A stretch of 64,000 nucleotides of DNA from a virus (IMGVR_UViG_3300030107_008258:64001-128000), one strand, 5' to 3'. Counted from the first letter of the stretch, positions 49,612 through 58,998 are shown. The notes: generated from the letters alone by a model not told the origin. Translations and numbers: made by a program.

Positions 49612-51036
49612 TTAATAGGGAGGAATTAGATTTGTTACAAATAGGCTTTCGGTTTCATTTTGAAGGTAAAAACCGTCATCTTCTCCTCCTTCTAACAATA
49701 TAAAATCTTCTAATTTCTCCATTCCTAATACCCCGCTTATGAAAAGTCCGTAAGACGATTGGTCATCAGGATTTATTTCAACATCAAAAGAAGCGTCAAA
49801 AATTTTATTAGAGCCAATAGATGTCTCGTATCCAAAATTATTTAATTTAGCTCCTTTAAAGGTGTATCTCAACGCTTCGTCTTGTCTATTTATCGGAATA
49901 GCTCCGGCATTAATGGGAGCGTCCGTGCTTTTTACACATCCCTGCGGGTCAACTTTTATAGTAAAATCGTAACCACTATTTATAGAAATAACATCCACTA
50001 AAGATCCACTACTTCCCGACTCTACTACTCCCCCTAAGGCTAAATTAGCAAAAATAGGGCTAGTAGCCTTATTATCTACAGGAAATTTATATCCTAAATT
50101 ATCAAGAGGCTCGCGGTTTAAATTAATAGAAATATTGTAACTCTGAATATGAAGCTTATCAAAATCTACTCCCAGTCCCGAAAATGAATCAGTAGTTATA
50201 GTAATGTCTCCGGGCTTAAGCGCAGGATAGCCTTCTTCAGAAAGGATTCTTGGTATTACTACATTTTTTTCTGGACTAACCGTTCCGCTTTGAGTTTCGA
50301 TACATGGAGCCTTAAAACCGCTTCCACTCATATCAAAACTAGCGTTATAAGCTGTATACGAGACAGAAGCTCCGGGAACCCTTCCTACCGCGCCTTGAGT
50401 TTGATAAGAATTTAGATAACAATTACCAAAACTTATAACATGATAGCCGCTTGCATTAGGATCTATAGATTGATAAATATCAGGTGCAGTAAAGTCTTCT
50501 TTAAAATAAGCACTATCTACATCATCTCCCTCTTGGTTAACAACAAGATATATATTCTTACAATCTCGATATTGATTGACTCCAAAATCTTCCCATGGCT
50601 GCCTTAAAACATAATTTTTATTCTCCTCAAAAAACCCTTCCAGAAGAGATACGTCTTCATTTACTGTATAATAAGGCGCCCCTTCTTTGGGAAAGGTAAA
50701 AACAGGATGATTTACATTTAAACCTAATCGAGCCTCATTCTTTGTACCACACAATAAATAACTAAAATTTAGGTCAACTGTAGGATGATTGATAATTGGC
50801 CTGTCTACCGTTCCTCTCTGATTTAATTTAAGGACATCGGTATGTGGTACATTAATAGAATAAGATACGCTCTGAACTCTATCTATGGGTTTTAGCCTAT
50901 TAAGCTTGCGAACTAAAGAGCTATAATCATTAGTAGGAGGGCTTCCCGGCCTATAGGATAAAAAGTTATCCCCAGTTTCAGGCGTCGGTCCGACGAACAA
51001 GGCCTGACAATTGTAAATTACCGTTGGCCTTGCCAT
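49612..51036 (-). CDS. Second tail-tube-like paralog
   Basis: Colinear similarity to 12565..13860: VIY..QA, DRVQS.SYS.N...TDV, IGN..L.SY, L(K/R)PGD, HIQS.NI...L.R....LG.KF, (F/L)KG.KL....Y....G.NK, GLF.SG. Confidence 0.75.
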   Translation of the reverse strand: MARPTVIYNCQALFVGPTPETGDNFLSYRPGSPPTNDYSSLVRKLNRLKPIDRVQSVSYSINVPHTDVLKLNQRGTVDRPIINHPTVDLNFSYLLCGTKNEARLGLNVNHPVFTFPKEGAPYYTVNEDVSLLEGFFEENKNYVLRQPWEDFGVNQYRDCKNIYLVVNQEGDDVDSAYFKEDFTAPDIYQSIDPNASGYHVISFGNCYLNSYQTQGAVGRVPGASVSYTAYNASFDMSGSGFKAPCIETQSGTVSPEKNVVIPRILSEEGYPALKPGDITITTDSFSGLGVDFDKLHIQSYNISINLNREPLDNLGYKFPVDNKATSPIFANLALGGVVESGSSGSLVDVISINSGYDFTIKVDPQGCVKSTDAPINAGAIPINRQDEALRYTFKGAKLNNFGYETSIGSNKIFDASFDVEINPDDQSSYGLFISGVLGMEKLEDFILLEGGEDDGFYLQNETESLFVTNLIPPY

Positions 51037-52910
51037 TATTTATCTCCTTCATAAATACTTGAATACAATATCCCTGCTAAAAAATCATCTACTTGGTGCT
51101 CGAGAGCAACGTCTTGAATTTTTTTAACCCTTTCATGATTCCTATCTGTTGGTTCGGCCGCATATCTCCCTGCTTTAGCCAGCCAGTTTTGAGGCTCTTC
51201 GTTAGCTATAACAATATTGGTTATTTCGCGAGCCACCTCTTTCTGCTGTTTACTCAGTCTTTTGCGATTATGAAGTTGCCTTAAGGAAGACTCCACTTCC
51301 AAATTAAGCTTATCAGAAAGATTTAAATTATCCTGTATTTTTGATAAACTAAAATTTAAGGCAGCTTTAGTTCCAACTGGAGTTTTTGTATCATTTTCTT
51401 TAGGCTTTTTGCTCCCAGATGGTCTTCCACTCATTTGAGGAGCTTTAGCTCCCCCTATGAGGGGTTCATACAAACCCTCATTTTTAAGCTCTTTAAAACG
51501 TTTTTGAGCTTCTACAGATTCTTCAGGAGTAGGAAACCGTCCTGACTCTATAGCTTGCATTCCTTCTTCCGCTGTAAGAACCCCAAGCTCAATTAAACGA
51601 CTATAAATTCTAGAGTATACTGAAGTATCCCTTAAATCTACGTCTTCAAAATGAGCAGTAGGATAATTCTTAAAACCTAATTCTTTAGAAACTCGTCTTA
51701 TTTCAGGCATTAAGAAGTTTTCTAAAAAGACCCTTCGACCTTGCTTCAGTCTCTCCATGAATACTTGCACTTTAATACTTGTGTTCGCAAACTTTTCATC
51801 ACTAAGCAAGATGTTATTTAATCCCATTTGAATGTCTTGATTAACTACATCATATTTTTTAGGGTCAAGAATATTGCCAATATCTGGAATTACAAATTTA
51901 GCATCTGTGGTATAGTCAGAAATTAAAACACGACCTACAGATTCATTTTCAAAGAGCTTTTGCATGGCCATCAAATTTCTTTGATTGACTCCTCCATCAG
52001 CTGGCTTTGCTCCCATTGTGACTAATAAAATAGCTTGATTAGTGGTTCTGGCTACAGCCATATCCATTTGTTTCATCTCTTGTTTCCAGTTTATATCCTC
52101 CAAAACTGGATAACCCATTGGAACAGCAAAAGGTTCGTAATCCTGTTTTTTGTAAAAAACGGCTACTAACTTTTTAGTATTGAGGGGTATAGTCACTGCT
52201 GACATCCCCACGTTTTTAGTATCCTCTATAAGTTTTTTAGTTTCATCTGGAAGACTGTCAAAAACTTCTTTATCCTCTTCTGTCTGGGGATACCTTAAAC
52301 GTTGCAACTCGTAATCAGTAACGACTTTATAATAAACGCCGCTACTAAATGAAATACTTCCTTGTAATTGAATATCCGAAGGATTTAAAATGATATATTT
52401 TGACGGAATTTCAAGATCTTCAGCTGCCTGACTTATGCCAAAAGTCTGGTTGATTTTAAAAACATCAGACTTTTCCATTTTTGCATTAAAACGATAAATA
52501 AAAACATTCCCAGAACGATAATATTCTCTAAAGAAACGGCTCTGTAAATCATCTATATTTATTTTTTTAAATAGGGTCTCAAAAAAGTCTCTCGATTTTT
52601 TACTACCTCCAGTGTAGTAAAGATCGCTAATAGAAAACTCGGTCATTAAATCGATAGTGTTTCTAAAAACGGAAAAGTTATAATAAGCTTTTTGACATAG
52701 AATAATAGTGTCCCTAACGTCAATGTTAGAATTGTTAGAAACTCCATGGGAATATTTGAACGGAATCATTCCGTTTTCGATATTTCTAAAACGATCAGTC
52801 CGAGGAATATCAGCGGCCTTGTTACGTCGCGTGCGAGTGGAGTTAGCCACCGCCTCCTGCATCGCCATCAAAGGCTCCGCGCCTTGTTCCGTTTTCTTCC
52901 TTACAGCCAT
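51036..52910 (-). CDS. Portal protein
   Basis: 624 aa directly after terminase. Portal-like motifs include FRNTIDLMTEFS, EYYRSGNVFIY and YEPFAVP, with a GRP tail. Confidence 0.85.
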   Translation of the reverse strand: MAVRKKTEQGAEPLMAMQEAVANSTRTRRNKAADIPRTDRFRNIENGMIPFKYSHGVSNNSNIDVRDTIILCQKAYYNFSVFRNTIDLMTEFSISDLYYTGGSKKSRDFFETLFKKINIDDLQSRFFREYYRSGNVFIYRFNAKMEKSDVFKINQTFGISQAAEDLEIPSKYIILNPSDIQLQGSISFSSGVYYKVVTDYELQRLRYPQTEEDKEVFDSLPDETKKLIEDTKNVGMSAVTIPLNTKKLVAVFYKKQDYEPFAVPMGYPVLEDINWKQEMKQMDMAVARTTNQAILLVTMGAKPADGGVNQRNLMAMQKLFENESVGRVLISDYTTDAKFVIPDIGNILDPKKYDVVNQDIQMGLNNILLSDEKFANTSIKVQVFMERLKQGRRVFLENFLMPEIRRVSKELGFKNYPTAHFEDVDLRDTSVYSRIYSRLIELGVLTAEEGMQAIESGRFPTPEESVEAQKRFKELKNEGLYEPLIGGAKAPQMSGRPSGSKKPKENDTKTPVGTKAALNFSLSKIQDNLNLSDKLNLEVESSLRQLHNRKRLSKQQKEVAREITNIVIANEEPQNWLAKAGRYAAEPTDRNHERVKKIQDVALEHQVDDFLAGILYSSIYEGDK

Positions 52911-52930
52911 AATTTACTTTAAATTTACAC

Positions 52931-54763
52931 TTAACCAAGCATTCTGGGAGTAAATGTATGGTTAATTTGTTGCACTTCTGTATTTTTAAGATCATTATAG
53001 GCTTTAACGGCCCAATTTCCTAACATTAAAGTGGTGTAATTATCCTTACGAGCACGATTAGCCGAAGTACTTCTTTTAAGGTGCTGGGGCAGGTCAAAGG
53101 TTTGAATTCCTTTGGCTGTAGTCTTAACTTCAACTAACGCACATTGCTTTCTGGTTTGATAAATAATGTCATCTTGGAACTCTATCAAATCACCTTTATT
53201 TTCATAAGGCATTAATTTAATAGGAACGGCTTGAGACGAAACTTTGTCAAAAAAACTTCCACATGCTGCCGTACGAGAACCAAACCAAATCCTCTTATGG
53301 TCGATTGAAGCTTGAAGATATTCATTAGCTTCTCGCAAAAAAGTACTAGAAAACAACTGTTTAAAACAAATAACATTCTCTTTTTTATTATACTGCTGTT
53401 TCGCTGTGAGTAGCATTTTCTGATAATCTGTTCCTTCCTTATCGCTATTAAAACTAAAAAACTTTAAGTTGATATGAGAATCTCGAAATAGCTCTGACTC
53501 ATTAGCGCTATCTATAAATTGATATCCAGCATTATCAATTATAATCAGTGAAAAATTAAAATGAGTCACTAGATAGTGAAGGTACTTTATGTGGTCTTTA
53601 AGATCCCCTCCAGCAACCGCATAAGCATGAACCAGAGTAGACTCGTTTTTCTTTTCGGGATCCAACTCTAAAACAGACATTGCAAAATAGTCGGAGCTAG
53701 GACTATTACTGAAACTAGGGTCAATACCTAGAATGTATTCTTTATCTTTCTCCCCCTTGATTAAAGTGTGTTGTTTTTCTCCGTCAGGAATGGTGCAGTC
53801 GTGCATTTTTTTAGCGCTAAAGTAGCTGTCGCTACCATCAGTGAATTGAGCACAATATTCCCGTTGAAAAGAAGAATTAGAAGAACCTCCAGATTGAGCT
53901 TCCTCAATAACTGTGCTATCAATCATGTCGCTAGGGATTGAATCGAACGCCATCTGCGATATGAAGTAATTAGACTGTTGAACGTCTTCAGAATAGATAT
54001 TGTTCATCCATTCCTTGTAAGTCTTAAAAAGATTTTCAAAACTAAAACTAGCTGAAGAAAGTGCAATCATTTTAGAATTGTTCTCAAATTGAATTCTATC
54101 TTCTTCCTTCATTTGTCCTTTTTTAATTAAATCGTCTTCCATCTCACGTATTTTAATACGTTCGGCCATATCTTGAGGAGCGACCAAAAAAGGCATTAGA
54201 ACTGTTTTAATAGTTTCTTCGGGTAATAATAAAAATTCATCAAGCACTAATATGTTTGCGCGAAAACCACGAATCTTTTCACCGCTTAAAGGTATAGCTG
54301 TGATAGTCCCTTCGTTTATCTTCCACTCAAACTGATCATTACGTTTAGATTTAGCCCCAAAGGCATGAGCAAGCATTTGAGCTTCTTTAGATTCAACTAT
54401 TTTTTCAAGGTTATTAAATATAAACCTTGCAGTACGAAAAGTAGGTCCCGCAATAAGGATCTTGGTTCGGGGCTCAAAAATACATTGAAGAAAACAATAT
54501 ACTGCAGCGATGAAACTTTTTCCACAACCACGACCCCACACGCACATGCTAAAATTTCGATTGAAAAAAGCTTTTAAAGTAATTTCTTGGTACAGGGCTA
54601 ATTTTATACCCGAAAGAAGTTCGGTAGTGAATCCCAAGTTAGACCGCATGAATTTAGCTAAACTTATTTTAGCCTGACGATCAGGAAGCTCCCCTTTTAA
54701 ATTAAGAAATTCTTCATTTAAATTAGGAATAGATTTTTTGTATTTATCTGGACAGTACCACAT
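52931..54763 (-). CDS. terL: Terminase large subunit
   Basis: Walker A GRGCGKS, IRG.RA..LVLDE Walker B, FQREY motif, and a nuclease domain (ILGIDP...SDYFA; KDNYTT). Confidence 0.93.
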   Translation of the reverse strand: MWYCPDKYKKSIPNLNEEFLNLKGELPDRQAKISLAKFMRSNLGFTTELLSGIKLALYQEITLKAFFNRNFSMCVWGRGCGKSFIAAVYCFLQCIFEPRTKILIAGPTFRTARFIFNNLEKIVESKEAQMLAHAFGAKSKRNDQFEWKINEGTITAIPLSGEKIRGFRANILVLDEFLLLPEETIKTVLMPFLVAPQDMAERIKIREMEDDLIKKGQMKEEDRIQFENNSKMIALSSASFSFENLFKTYKEWMNNIYSEDVQQSNYFISQMAFDSIPSDMIDSTVIEEAQSGGSSNSSFQREYCAQFTDGSDSYFSAKKMHDCTIPDGEKQHTLIKGEKDKEYILGIDPSFSNSPSSDYFAMSVLELDPEKKNESTLVHAYAVAGGDLKDHIKYLHYLVTHFNFSLIIIDNAGYQFIDSANESELFRDSHINLKFFSFNSDKEGTDYQKMLLTAKQQYNKKENVICFKQLFSSTFLREANEYLQASIDHKRIWFGSRTAACGSFFDKVSSQAVPIKLMPYENKGDLIEFQDDIIYQTRKQCALVEVKTTAKGIQTFDLPQHLKRSTSANRARKDNYTTLMLGNWAVKAYNDLKNTEVQQINHTFTPRMLG

Positions 54764-55702
54764 TTATAATAATTTTAAATCATAGGCCAACTGTAAGTCG
54801 TACCTTTCCCTTAAGGCTCCCGAAAGTAAAAGCTTTTTTACTATTCTTACGCACTCATTCCTGCCGTTTACGAAAAGAAATTGTATGTGAGGAAATTCTT
54901 GAATTAAGTCTCTAACGTTATGAAAAATGAAATCAGGAGTAACTCGTGTATTCTTTTTGTAAACATGTTTAAGTCGATTAAAAGCTAAACAGTCAGAAAG
55001 ATTTCTTTCCACTAAAACTACCATATAAGCTTTTTCTTCCGCAGCTCTATTTATTTCATTTTTAAATCTTTCGAGACCTGAACTTAAAGTCCCTATCAAG
55101 TCTGGAACAGATTTTCTTTCTATATAAGTATTGCGGGTTTTTTTCTTATCGTTTAAACAATAATCACCAAATTTGAGTCCTTTAACTTCTGTGGGAAAAT
55201 CATTTATACGTAAAGGATTTTGCTCGCGTGAATCAATATAAATAAGGTGGTCTTTATTAAAAGTTTCTCTGTAATTTTTTTTGATTGGAATTTTTTTAAA
55301 TTTATTTTTATATCCTATCTCCTCACATAATTTATAGTAGCTACCGAATAATTCTTCATAAAAAGGAATAGGTGGCATCGGTAATGTACGTAGTTCTACT
55401 TCAGTCGGAGAATAAAGAAGTCCTTTTTCTTTCTTTCTATTAACAAGGAGATCCCTACAATAAGCTTTGGCATCAGCCAGTGGAATTTTTTTGAGCCAAT
55501 TTTTTAAATTTCTTTTATTATTAAAGTCAGAAGAAAAATACTGTTCTTTATTTTTAAATTTAATTAATTCTTTTGTATACTTATCGTAACGAGGAAAATA
55601 CTTATGGTAATAGTTCTTAATAGATAATTTATGCGCTTTAATATGAAGGTGGAGCCCCCTATCTTTATCAAACTCTTTATTACAACTTCTGCATTTAACC
55701 AT
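54764..55702 (-). CDS. C2H2 zinc finger + ERCC4/XPF-type nuclease
   Basis: N-terminal CRSC...H...H finger. IYIDSREQ, GDY and IERKS..DL..TL are the ERCC4 catalytic motifs. Confidence 0.82.
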   Translation of the reverse strand: MVKCRSCNKEFDKDRGLHLHIKAHKLSIKNYYHKYFPRYDKYTKELIKFKNKEQYFSSDFNNKRNLKNWLKKIPLADAKAYCRDLLVNRKKEKGLLYSPTEVELRTLPMPPIPFYEELFGSYYKLCEEIGYKNKFKKIPIKKNYRETFNKDHLIYIDSREQNPLRINDFPTEVKGLKFGDYCLNDKKKTRNTYIERKSVPDLIGTLSSGLERFKNEINRAAEEKAYMVVLVERNLSDCLAFNRLKHVYKKNTRVTPDFIFHNVRDLIQEFPHIQFLFVNGRNECVRIVKKLLLSGALRERYDLQLAYDLKLL

Positions 55703-56804
55703 TTAAAACCTCTTCTTCGCTAATGCCCATAATACGCGATTTGATATCTTCCATTGAAGATAATCTTTCTATTTCAGATGATATGTTCTTTTTACGTATT
55801 TCAGCTATCTTTATCATTTTATTCCTTGACTCTTCATCTTTCCAAAGTTCTACAAGGTTTAAAATAGAAGCGGATTCTTGAAGCACTTTACTTAGGCGTT
55901 GACTTCTCTTTTCTTTTAATTCGTTAAGAAGTTTGGTCTGTCGATTAACGCATTGGTTGTATTCTGTTTGAGCTGTATTAATGGCTTCCACTAAACTCAT
56001 CGCCATGCGTCTCCCCTCTGTGTCTTCGGCATTTTGATCTAATAAAGTCTGTAGTCTCTCAACCCTTCGTTGGATATTTGAAGCTATGACGACTTCCGCA
56101 GAAAGAACTATATATTGATCTACCTCTTCTTGAGAAAGATCCGATTTATCCCATGTATACCTTACAAAGCTACTCTCAAAAAGCTCCCTATCAGTTTCAA
56201 CTGAATAGGTACTAATTTGATGTAAAAAACGAAAAGTATGCATATAGGCAATTAACGTAGATAAATTCTTTTTTATTTTAGGAGTAATCTTTTCTTTATC
56301 AATTCCATTATGTACGTACTTATTAACTCTCACGACAGCGCGTGATTCTGATTTTGGTGGAGCGTATCCTCCTTCAGCTGGAATCTCTTCGCTGTTATCG
56401 CTATATTTAACTTGATTAGGTATAGTGTTTATAAAGTCCGCCACGACTTTGTAACGCAAGTCTAGTGCTGAAATTTTATTATCATCAAAAATGAGTCTTG
56501 CCATATCCATTGGTTTCATGGCGCTGCAATTATTGGTAATAAATTCTTTTTGATCTTCGGTGAGTTCTACTTTCTCCTTGGGATAATACTTATGAGAGAC
56601 TTTTGCTGATAGACTTTTTTTAGCAAGAAATTTCTTAACAGCCCTCCCGTATTTAGACCTACCGTCTCTTTTGTTTTCGGGAATATCGGGGAAAACAAGT
56701 TCTATTAATTCTGCAATGTAAGGAGGGTCGTCCACCCTTTTATTCCACTCTTCTAGAATAGCTAATTCTTGATCTTCATTTAATTGTATAGTATTCTCTT
56801 TCAC
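55695..56804 (-). CDS. Hypothetical packaging-operon protein (terminase small subunit candidate)
   Basis: 369 aa with an HTH-like middle and a long C-terminal coiled-coil, upstream of terL. The function is positional inference only. Confidence 0.4.
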   Translation of the reverse strand: MKENTIQLNEDQELAILEEWNKRVDDPPYIAELIELVFPDIPENKRDGRSKYGRAVKKFLAKKSLSAKVSHKYYPKEKVELTEDQKEFITNNCSAMKPMDMARLIFDDNKISALDLRYKVVADFINTIPNQVKYSDNSEEIPAEGGYAPPKSESRAVVRVNKYVHNGIDKEKITPKIKKNLSTLIAYMHTFRFLHQISTYSVETDRELFESSFVRYTWDKSDLSQEEVDQYIVLSAEVVIASNIQRRVERLQTLLDQNAEDTEGRRMAMSLVEAINTAQTEYNQCVNRQTKLLNELKEKRSQRLSKVLQESASILNLVELWKDEESRNKMIKIAEIRKKNISSEIERLSSMEDIKSRIMGISEEEVLNG

Positions 56805-57484
56805 AACATTTCTATTTCTCCATTAGAAATAATCTTTTTAACTTTTTGTATAATAGCTTTTTTTACATTTTTAATTTGTTTATAACCCGGGACCCTGTTT
56901 TTTTCATTAGTCTTATACCCCATGAGGGAAGCTGCTTTTTCTTCAGATAAATTGTCTATATAAAGCGCTTTATAAATTTTCCATTCGGCAGGCTTAAGCA
57001 CTTCTTTCATTTTCTCATTTAGCTTTACCATTAAAGAAATAATATCTATATCATTATATTCAGCAGCATTAATTTCTGTAGAATGTTCGTTAATAGAAAC
57101 TGGGAGCTTAGCATCGTAAGCTTGTTTTTTAGTTCTTACCCAATTAGCAAAAAGGGGACACGTTTCAGATTGTTTCCCATAAATATAGCACAAATCTCCC
57201 GATTCTGCAGCTGCGCACTTTAAACATGGCCTACAATAATTACCGTAATTGTTACGTATTAGATTTTTAATCTGATTGGATATAATCCTATTGATCCACG
57301 GATTAAGTGGCTTTTTAGTGTCATAAAGATGCCACTTTTTAAATATATGAATTCTTAGAATTTGGGAAACGTCATCGAAATCCATCCACGAAAGCGCAGT
57401 CAAGTTCCACTTGGATTTTCTTTTTTTTATTTCTGCATCTATCTGTTCTATATAATCTTCAAATTTAGGTTTAGGTGTCGGCAT
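56801..57484 (-). CDS. Phage RNA polymerase sigma factor (sigma-70 family, regions 2 and 4) with Cys-rich insertion
   Basis: Region-2-like DFDDVSQ..RIHI.KKW..YD...LNPWINRIISNQIKNLIRN and region-4-like LKPAEWKIY..LYIDNLSEEKAASLMGY. Confidence 0.78.
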   Translation of the reverse strand: MPTPKPKFEDYIEQIDAEIKKRKSKWNLTALSWMDFDDVSQILRIHIFKKWHLYDTKKPLNPWINRIISNQIKNLIRNNYGNYCRPCLKCAAAESGDLCYIYGKQSETCPLFANWVRTKKQAYDAKLPVSINEHSTEINAAEYNDIDIISLMVKLNEKMKEVLKPAEWKIYKALYIDNLSEEKAASLMGYKTNEKNRVPGYKQIKNVKKAIIQKVKKIISNGEIEML

Positions 57485-57860
57485 TATCGCGGCGAGATGA
57501 GCCAGCGTCCCGAAGGAAGTCCTGTTGTATAGTGTCCTTTGAGTAACTGGGGTCTACCTCCCTCTGATAGCCGTCGTCTAAAGCGTTAGGATTGGATCCT
57601 GCAATATCTTGAATTTTATGAGAACTAAGTCCTATTTGGCCCTCTAGTTCAAAATCTAATTTATTAATCCTCGGAGGCGAAAATTTCTCTTCTTCCTCGA
57701 TAACACTATCTTTTGTAATCTTTGGTGAGTTAGTTTTAAAAACTTTTGGAGTAGTGGACTGACCCATTGAACCAAACAAACTACCGCAAGAACCACAAAA
57801 CTTAGGTTTCTGAAGAGAATACTCTGTCCCGGACCCACAAGTTGGACAATATTGTTTCAT
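57471..57860 (-). CDS. Zinc-ribbon protein
   Basis: YCPTCG...KPKFCGSCG double CxxC. First gene of the sigma/terminase operon. Confidence 0.8.
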   Translation of the reverse strand: MKQYCPTCGSGTEYSLQKPKFCGSCGSLFGSMGQSTTPKVFKTNSPKITKDSVIEEEEKFSPPRINKLDFELEGQIGLSSHKIQDIAGSNPNALDDGYQREVDPSYSKDTIQQDFLRDAGSSRRDNADT

Positions 57861-57869
57861 GAATGATAT

Positions 57870-57874
57870 TACAC
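57870..57874 (-). promoter_or_regulatory. GTGTA element upstream of the Zn-ribbon/sigma/terminase operon
   Basis: AGTGTAATATCATTC-ATG, with a 9-nt spacer. Confidence 0.7.
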
Positions 57875-57924
57875 TAAATATATTATTAAAAAATATAGGT
57901 TTTTCAAAAAAAGTGTATACCTAT

Positions 57925-58200
57925 ATGGATATGGAAAATGTCAAATTCAAGACTTCGGATGGTGTAGAATACGAGTTAATATGGAAAAAACCCCACCATA
58001 CTTATAATGCTGATGGCTTATGTTATTCTCCAGAAGCTGATAATCCTAAAATTCTTGTTGACCCAAAACTTAAAAAAAGACGTAAAATGAGCACTCTTAT
58101 AGAAGAGGTTACTCATGCATTCTTTTGGGACAAGACAGAAAAAGAAGTAAGAAAATTCTCCTCTGTTCTTGCCGGGTTAATAAATAAACAAATTAAATAG
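57925..58200 (+). CDS. Minimal metallopeptidase-like protein (variant motif EEVTH); probable start 57925 or 57931
   Basis: ADGLC...P.I.VDPKL.....TLIEEVTHA matches phage zincin-like proteins except for H->E. A GTGTA element lies at 57913. Confidence 0.55.
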   Translation: MDMENVKFKTSDGVEYELIWKKPHHTYNADGLCYSPEADNPKILVDPKLKKRRKMSTLIEEVTHAFFWDKTEKEVRKFSSVLAGLINKQIK

Positions 58201-58954
58201 TGTCACAATCTGCTAATTTTGAAACGATAAATTTAGTCAACTCTGATCGAACAATATCTTCTTCACTAAATTCAAAAGTGTGAATGCCCATGTCCCTGCT
58301 CTCTTTATTATTGAAAATATCATAAAGTTTGACAAACCCTCCCCGATTTCCATTTTTTAAATCGGTTTGCATGGGATCTGCCATAATAATGCATCTTGAA
58401 TACTTACCGATTCTGGTAAGAACAGTTACTATTTCCCTAAAAGAGCTGTTTTGGGCCTCGTCCATCAATATAGCTTTTCCGTTCCAGCTCATTCCTCGAG
58501 CAAAATTAACAGGATGAATGGAAACTCTTTTTTCTTTCTGAAGTTTTCGCACGGTATCTTCACTAAGTAATTCGTCCAATTTATCCATAAAAGGCAAGTT
58601 ATAATAATGAAGCTTTTCATCAGCGTCTCCGGGAAGAAACCCAAGACGAGAGTCTGAACTTTCTACCGCTGAACGCATATATATAACATCTGAAACTTTT
58701 GATTGATTAAGTAAGCTTAAAGATGAATATACTGCCGTTAAAGTTTTTGAGCTCCCTGCCGGACCTTTACATAAAATAAGACGAGTATTTTTGTCTTGAG
58801 AAATTTCAATAAAACGTTTCTGTTTTTCCGTCCAAGGTAATTCTTCTATGTAGAAATTATCCTTAGGTTTAATTGGATCTCGTTGATGAATCTTGATCCG
58901 TCCGTCCGCAACTTCGAGAGAATCAAAATTCCCTGCGCTTTTTACTTTTGGCAT
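58193..58954 (-). CDS. phoH: PhoH-like ATPase
   Basis: GPAGSSKT, RSAVE...LGFLPGD..EK, RGMSW, DEAQN, LTRIG, DPMQTD and F..EDIVRS motifs. Confidence 0.95.
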   Translation of the reverse strand: MPKVKSAGNFDSLEVADGRIKIHQRDPIKPKDNFYIEELPWTEKQKRFIEISQDKNTRLILCKGPAGSSKTLTAVYSSLSLLNQSKVSDVIYMRSAVESSDSRLGFLPGDADEKLHYYNLPFMDKLDELLSEDTVRKLQKEKRVSIHPVNFARGMSWNGKAILMDEAQNSSFREIVTVLTRIGKYSRCIIMADPMQTDLKNGNRGGFVKLYDIFNNKESRDMGIHTFEFSEEDIVRSELTKFIVSKLADCDTI

Positions 58955-58963
58955 TATAGTAAA

Positions 58964-58982
58964 TTACACTAAATTAGTGTAA
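58964..58982. promoter_or_regulatory. Back-to-back GTGTA elements forming an inverted repeat (TTACACTAA-A-TTAGTGTAA)
   Basis: Perfect 9-bp arms between the divergent phoH and MscS-like genes. Confidence 0.7.
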
Positions 58983-58998
58983 CATAAATAGAAAAGTT

